NCBI GenBank assembly: GCA_044892505.1
Contig: CM097883.1
Span: 380,060,564 to 380,124,000, forward strand
Origin: Schmidtea nova
Taxonomy: Eukaryota
DNA length: 63,437 bases
Reading direction: 5' to 3'
In this document: in pieces, positions 58,613-63,437 of the stretch
Layout: each line of letters opens with the position of its first letter
How positions within the stretch are numbered: position 1 is the first letter of the stretch
Position numbers and translations under genes: made by a program
Notes under the pieces: generated by a model
Told to the model about the DNA's origin: nothing
The model's input: the letters and a program-made list of their open reading frames with translations, nothing else
Database searches by the model: none

Positions 58613-60411
58613 GAGTACTCCTTTTATTGGTTAATTTATCCGTTTCTATATTTTATTTTATTTATTCGTTTTTATTTGTTATTATTATATTATTTGTTTT
58701 ATTCATTTCATTTATTTTCATTAATTCTTCTTATTTTCTGAATTTCTATTTGATTTCACATTTTATCACTTTTTCATCACTTTTTCATTTTTATTTTTGT
58801 TTTAATTGTAATATTTTTCCTGTTAATGCTTTCTCAATTGTTTCCTAACTTTCATTATTATTTTATTATTTCTTACTGATTCTTTGTCATTTCCTAATTA
58901 ATTGCTCACTTTATTTCTTTATTTGTTTTTGCACTAACCCAACAGTGTTAATATGGATGATTTTATTTTAGTAAAAACACACATGTTTAGTATATTATAT
59001 GATGATTTAAGTAAATAATATGGTCATTGCTTATTTGAATACCAGTTAGCTAAAACTTACTTGTCATAGTAAATTAATGCGGTTTACTGACACATATAAA
59101 TTATAGTAAAATCTTTAGTTGTTTTACAATTTCTTTGTTGCTTAAACACATTATTTACAATCAAGTTGCAATAGAATTACAATCAAGTTGCAATAGAATC
59201 GCAATTAAGTTGCAATAGGCATGCAATCAAGTTGCAATTCATGAGTAATACACACATACATCTTGGATAAATTTGTAAATATACTTGAAAATTTATGATT
59301 ATTTATAAAATGAAACAAGAAATATTTATTATAAATTTGATTGATGGTCTCTTGTCTAAAGAAAAAGATGATGAAATTATATCAAATTTACAAATCTTGG
59401 TGTCAGATGCCAAGAAAATATAAAATTCCAATCCCATCAACTATTCACGGATTTTGAATCAAAAATCGGCTACAAGCAAGAAACATGCATTCAAAAGCGT
59501 GTTTTACTCGTTATTTGAGCCTGAAATGAAGTGGTAACGTGTTATTGTGGCGTTCATGTATATAAAACCAATAATTGAAAATTCGGGTTCAAATTATGAA
59601 AATTATTTCAATGCTCAGTATAAGTATATTATTTTTATTTAATTATATTATTAATATTATTTTAGATTATCCAAAGTGAAATATGCCCTTGGGTTCAAGA
59701 AAATGGACAATGGCAAAAACTAATAGAATTAGCTGAAAATAGTAGAACTATTAGAAAAACCAAAGAAAAATTGAAAAGTTTATTGAAGATAACAATTTTA
59801 TTCTGTAGCATTTATGCTATTGTAAATTTAATTTATCGAAAATAAATGTATTTTTGTTTGATTTTATTATTTTTACTGATTATTTAGCGATTTTAAAAGA
59901 TATTATTGTAAAACTAGTTAAATATAAGGTACTTTAGTTAGGTCACGAGTGTAAAATTTATTGATTTTACATTCTTGTCTATATAAAAATAAATAGTATT
60001 TATGTGAATAAAATCGATTTTTAACCAAATAATACTGTAAATATTAGGTGATTGATCAAAATAATGACAAGGGTTATAAAAAATCAATAAAAGTTTTCTA
60101 TATTGATGGGTTTATTTTAAAACAAAGTAGATAAATTCGGGTTAAAAAGTAATGATGTGTAAAATGACCTGTGTATGTGTGATTGATTAATGTATGTTAC
60201 GCATATATTACGCAAGTGTTATGCACTTATATTGCAAGTGTAATGCATTTGTATTGCAAGTGTTATATACGTGTATTGAATATGTCATATATTGTGATTA
60301 TATTGAGCTTAAATTGATCAAAATATTATTTTTTCAAAAGTAAATACTATAAAATATTAAAATATCAAACAAAAACAAATTAAACATTTATTATTGCAAA
60401 TTAAACATATT

Positions 60412-60717
60412 TTATTGCACACATTTATTGGTTGCACAGTTTTTATCCATGTTTGAACATTCATCATCAATATTTGAACATTTATCTACAATGGTTGAAA
60501 AATGATATTTTCTCAACTCATTTTTTAGAATCCATACATGATAGTTCTTCAACCGATCAACAAAACTTTCACATCGATATACATAAGGTTCATGATATAT
60601 TACTACCAATAGTTCCTGATCAATCGTCTTTAAATGATCCAATAAAACAGCATTGAAATCTATTCTGGTTGACATCCATATTCGAAATGGTATAATATCC
60701 GGTGCAAAGTATATCAA
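60412..60717 (-). CDS. Orphan family B protein (101 aa)
   Basis: Homolog of the core of 5192-5746. Confidence 0.7.
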   Translation of the reverse strand: MIYFAPDIIPFRIWMSTRIDFNAVLLDHLKTIDQELLVVIYHEPYVYRCESFVDRLKNYHVWILKNELRKYHFSTIVDKCSNIDDECSNMDKNCATNKCVQ

Positions 60718-61748
60718 ATTTTTTAAAAGACATTGCTAAAGCTTATTTGCCTTGTTAATTAAAATTTGCATAAGTTTTTCTAAAATAAATATTAAAAAAT
60801 GAATTACAAATAATCAAAATTTACCATTTGTTGTTAAGTTTGACATTTTAAAATATAAATAACTGGTATATATACTAATTATTTACACAAACACACTTAT
60901 TTGTCAATAAAATATTGAATGAAGCTTTTGCAGATAAAAACCATCACAAAAGAGGTTCTGCTACCAATGTTTTGATACTAGGGTTCTGTTAGGAAGGTTC
61001 TATTAATTGAGATTATTGATAACTGAATGAAAATATTCAGTATGAGCTTTTACAGGTAAAAACTATCACAAAAGATGTTCTGCTACTAAGGTTCTGATAT
61101 TGATGTTCTGCTAATAGGGTTCAACTATTGAGTTACTCATCACATTTCAAGTCTGAGTTGTTGATATAAATCACTGTGATACGTGTGAGAATTATTGATA
61201 ATAATAATAAAAAAAGATCAAAGGTGAAAAAAGATAATTATGATAATAATAATAATAATTAATATAATTATAATTATAATTATATCAATAATATTTTAAA
61301 AATAGTAATATATCAATATTAGTAATAATAGTTAAGAAAATAATAATAATATCAATAATACTTTGTAAAAGATTAATAATATCAGTATTAATATCAATAA
61401 TACTTTGAAAAATAATAATAATATCAATAATAATACGTTGCAAAATAGTAATTATAGTAAAAAATAGTATTAAAAAGAAANNNNNNNNNNNNNNNNNNNN
61501 NNNNNNNNNNNNNNNNNNNNNNNNNNNNNNNNNNNNNNNNNNNNNNNNNNNNNNNNNNNNNNNNNNNNNNNNNNNNNNNNNNNNNNNNNNNNNNNNNNNN
61601 NNNNNNNNNNNNNNNNNNNNNNNNNNNNNNNGTAATAGTAATAATAAGAAATATATAAATATTAGTATAATTATTGTTAATAATAATAATAATAATACTT
61701 AAGAAAATAAGATCAATATTTCTTTTGAAAATATTAATTATAGTAGAA

Positions 61749-61838
<90 letters not shown>

Positions 61839-62248
61839 AGAAAACAGTAATAANNNNNNNNNNNNNNNNNNNNNNNNNNNNNNNNNNNNNNNNNNNNNNN
61901 NNNNNNNNNNNNNNNNNNNNNNNNNNNNNNNNNNNNNNNNNNNNNNNNNNNNNNNNNNNNNNNNNNNNNNNNNNNNNNNNNNNNNNNNNNNNNNNNNNNN
62001 NNNNNNNNNNNNNNNNNNNNNNNNNNNNNNNNNNNNNNNNNNNNNNNNNNNNNNNNNNNNNNNNNNNNNNNNNNNNNNNNNNNNNNNNNNNNNNNNNNNN
62101 NNNNNNNNNNNNNNNNNGTCTAATACAACAAAAGTTCAAAACATCACAAGTGCAATAAAACCAATAATAATGATATAAACTTACAATAATTTCATATAAA
62201 ATGTAAAATCTTTTCAGCAAATCGAGTCCAATTAAAGATTCAGTTAAA

Positions 62249-62629
62249 ATGAAACCAGTTAAGAACGATACCAAATCAATTCAAAACAAATTTGATTTAC
62301 GACCTGTTCAGATCTTTCACGATTACCAAATATTTTTCTTGGTAAATGAAATCTTTTTCAAGGTCCCAAATCCGGTAAAGCTGTCGACTTCGCAATATTC
62401 AAATTTAATTGGCCAGCTTTATAAAGAAGATGTTGTTGCAATCAATAAAGTGTTGATGAAAATCAACAAGAAATTATCTTGCGGTGAAACAATATATATC
62501 AACAACAAGAAAACTTACTTCCATGACACATTTCAATCCCTTCAGTTTATGGACAATGAAAATTGGTTTATTGATATATCGATTCAAGTATATAAAGTAG
62601 ATCCAAAAGAAGCAGTGTCTCCGATTTAG
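62249..62629 (+). CDS. Orphan family A protein (126 aa) inside the right TIR arm
   Basis: Homolog of 4226-4642. Confidence 0.75.
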   Translation: MKPVKNDTKSIQNKFDLRPVQIFHDYQIFFLVNEIFFKVPNPVKLSTSQYSNLIGQLYKEDVVAINKVLMKINKKLSCGETIYINNKKTYFHDTFQSLQFMDNENWFIDISIQVYKVDPKEAVSPI

Positions 62630-63437
62630 AAAATCAATAGCGCTAGAATCGCTTAATATATCTTTAATGTATTATTAATAAATGTTGTAATCAATTCTTG
62701 AGTTTTTGAAAATTTTTGAATTTTTGAAAAAGTTTAAAAAGTTTGACCTTAAAAATTATGAATTTGACCCTAATGTGACCTCATTATTTGACCTCACATT
62801 GGCCTTAAGTTGACCTCATTATTTAAACTTAAGTTGACCTCATAATTTGTCCTTAAAATGTCCTTAAAAATTAAAAATAATTTTTTAAGACTCATCGCTT
62901 GTGTGTGTAAAAAACATTTTATGGGGGGGTTCGCAAAAAAAATTATGGGGGGTCGCAAAAAAATAAGTACCCCCAGGGGGTATACTTGATTTTGATTGGC
63001 CATTACTCATCGATTACGTAATATGTCTTTTTTTCCAGAGTGCTCACATCTGTCTACTGTTAAAAAATATTTATAGGCAAATTTTCGCATTATAATGACA
63101 ATTTTTGTTATTAATTATTTTGCGATTAGTTTTTATACATTGCTATAAATTGGGAAATGTTTTACTGATTCCAGAAGTTACAGTACTGCCTGGAAAGAGT
63201 TTTTTTTAAAGTGGATCATTCAATACTGCCAAAAACTAGACATACAGTCAACATAAAAGCTTATTATTATTTATTTCATATAATATTAAATTCAGTCATT
63301 GATTTTCACCAAAGGTTGTCGGGGAAAAACAATAGTGTGCTCTCAGGTGTGCTCATTCCCATTCAATGTGCGTAAAAATGCAAATAATCGATTAAAGAGT
63401 TAAATGTGATTTTGTTGATAATTATAAGCGTGACTCT

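Larger units (their letters stand above)
48355..63058. mobile_element. Second Polinton-related TIR element without visible replication genes
   Basis: The right end reads inward AGTAGACAGATGTGAG..AAAGACAT, like element 1 (AGTAGGTAGATGTG(T/A)G..AAAGACAT); the left end is the same with a short deletion. Arms 48355-49610 plus 54650-54990 mirror 61290-63058. Carries homologs of orphan families A and B. Confidence 0.7.

Noticed and set aside
1-63437. rRNA, tRNA or telomeric repeats
   Set aside because: None recognised by eye; a covariance-model scan would be needed to exclude tRNAs.

Overview
AT-rich eukaryotic (metazoan-type) genomic scaffold with several N gaps. A multi-exon transmembrane semaphorin-like host gene (Sema-PSI-Ig-TM, + strand, about 0.8-41 kb) has 40-100 nt introns alternating with introns expanded to 9-13 kb by mobile DNA. 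The main feature is an 11.3 kb Polinton/Maverick (adintovirus-like) element at 1249-12597, with AGTAG termini, long TIRs and a perfect 6-bp TSD (AGCATC). It encodes a protein-primed PolB (N-truncated, one frameshift), a packaging ATPase, orphan genes and its own TATA-binding-protein-like gene. No integrase or capsid gene is visible. Its TIRs are built from tandem E2F-type (TTTCGCGCCAAA) and AP-1-type (TGAGTCA) motifs. A second, related TIR element (48355-63058) shares the terminal architecture, two orphan gene families and upstream motifs, but has no replication genes. Its outer flanks are also inverted copies of each other. Also present: two hAT transposons, a MULE, a mariner relic, a very compact Ty3/gypsy retrotransposon with identical 107-bp LTRs, two solo LTRs and a foldback carrying a HECT E3 fragment. 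No rRNA, tRNA or CRISPR array was recognised. All calls are by eye, without database searches.
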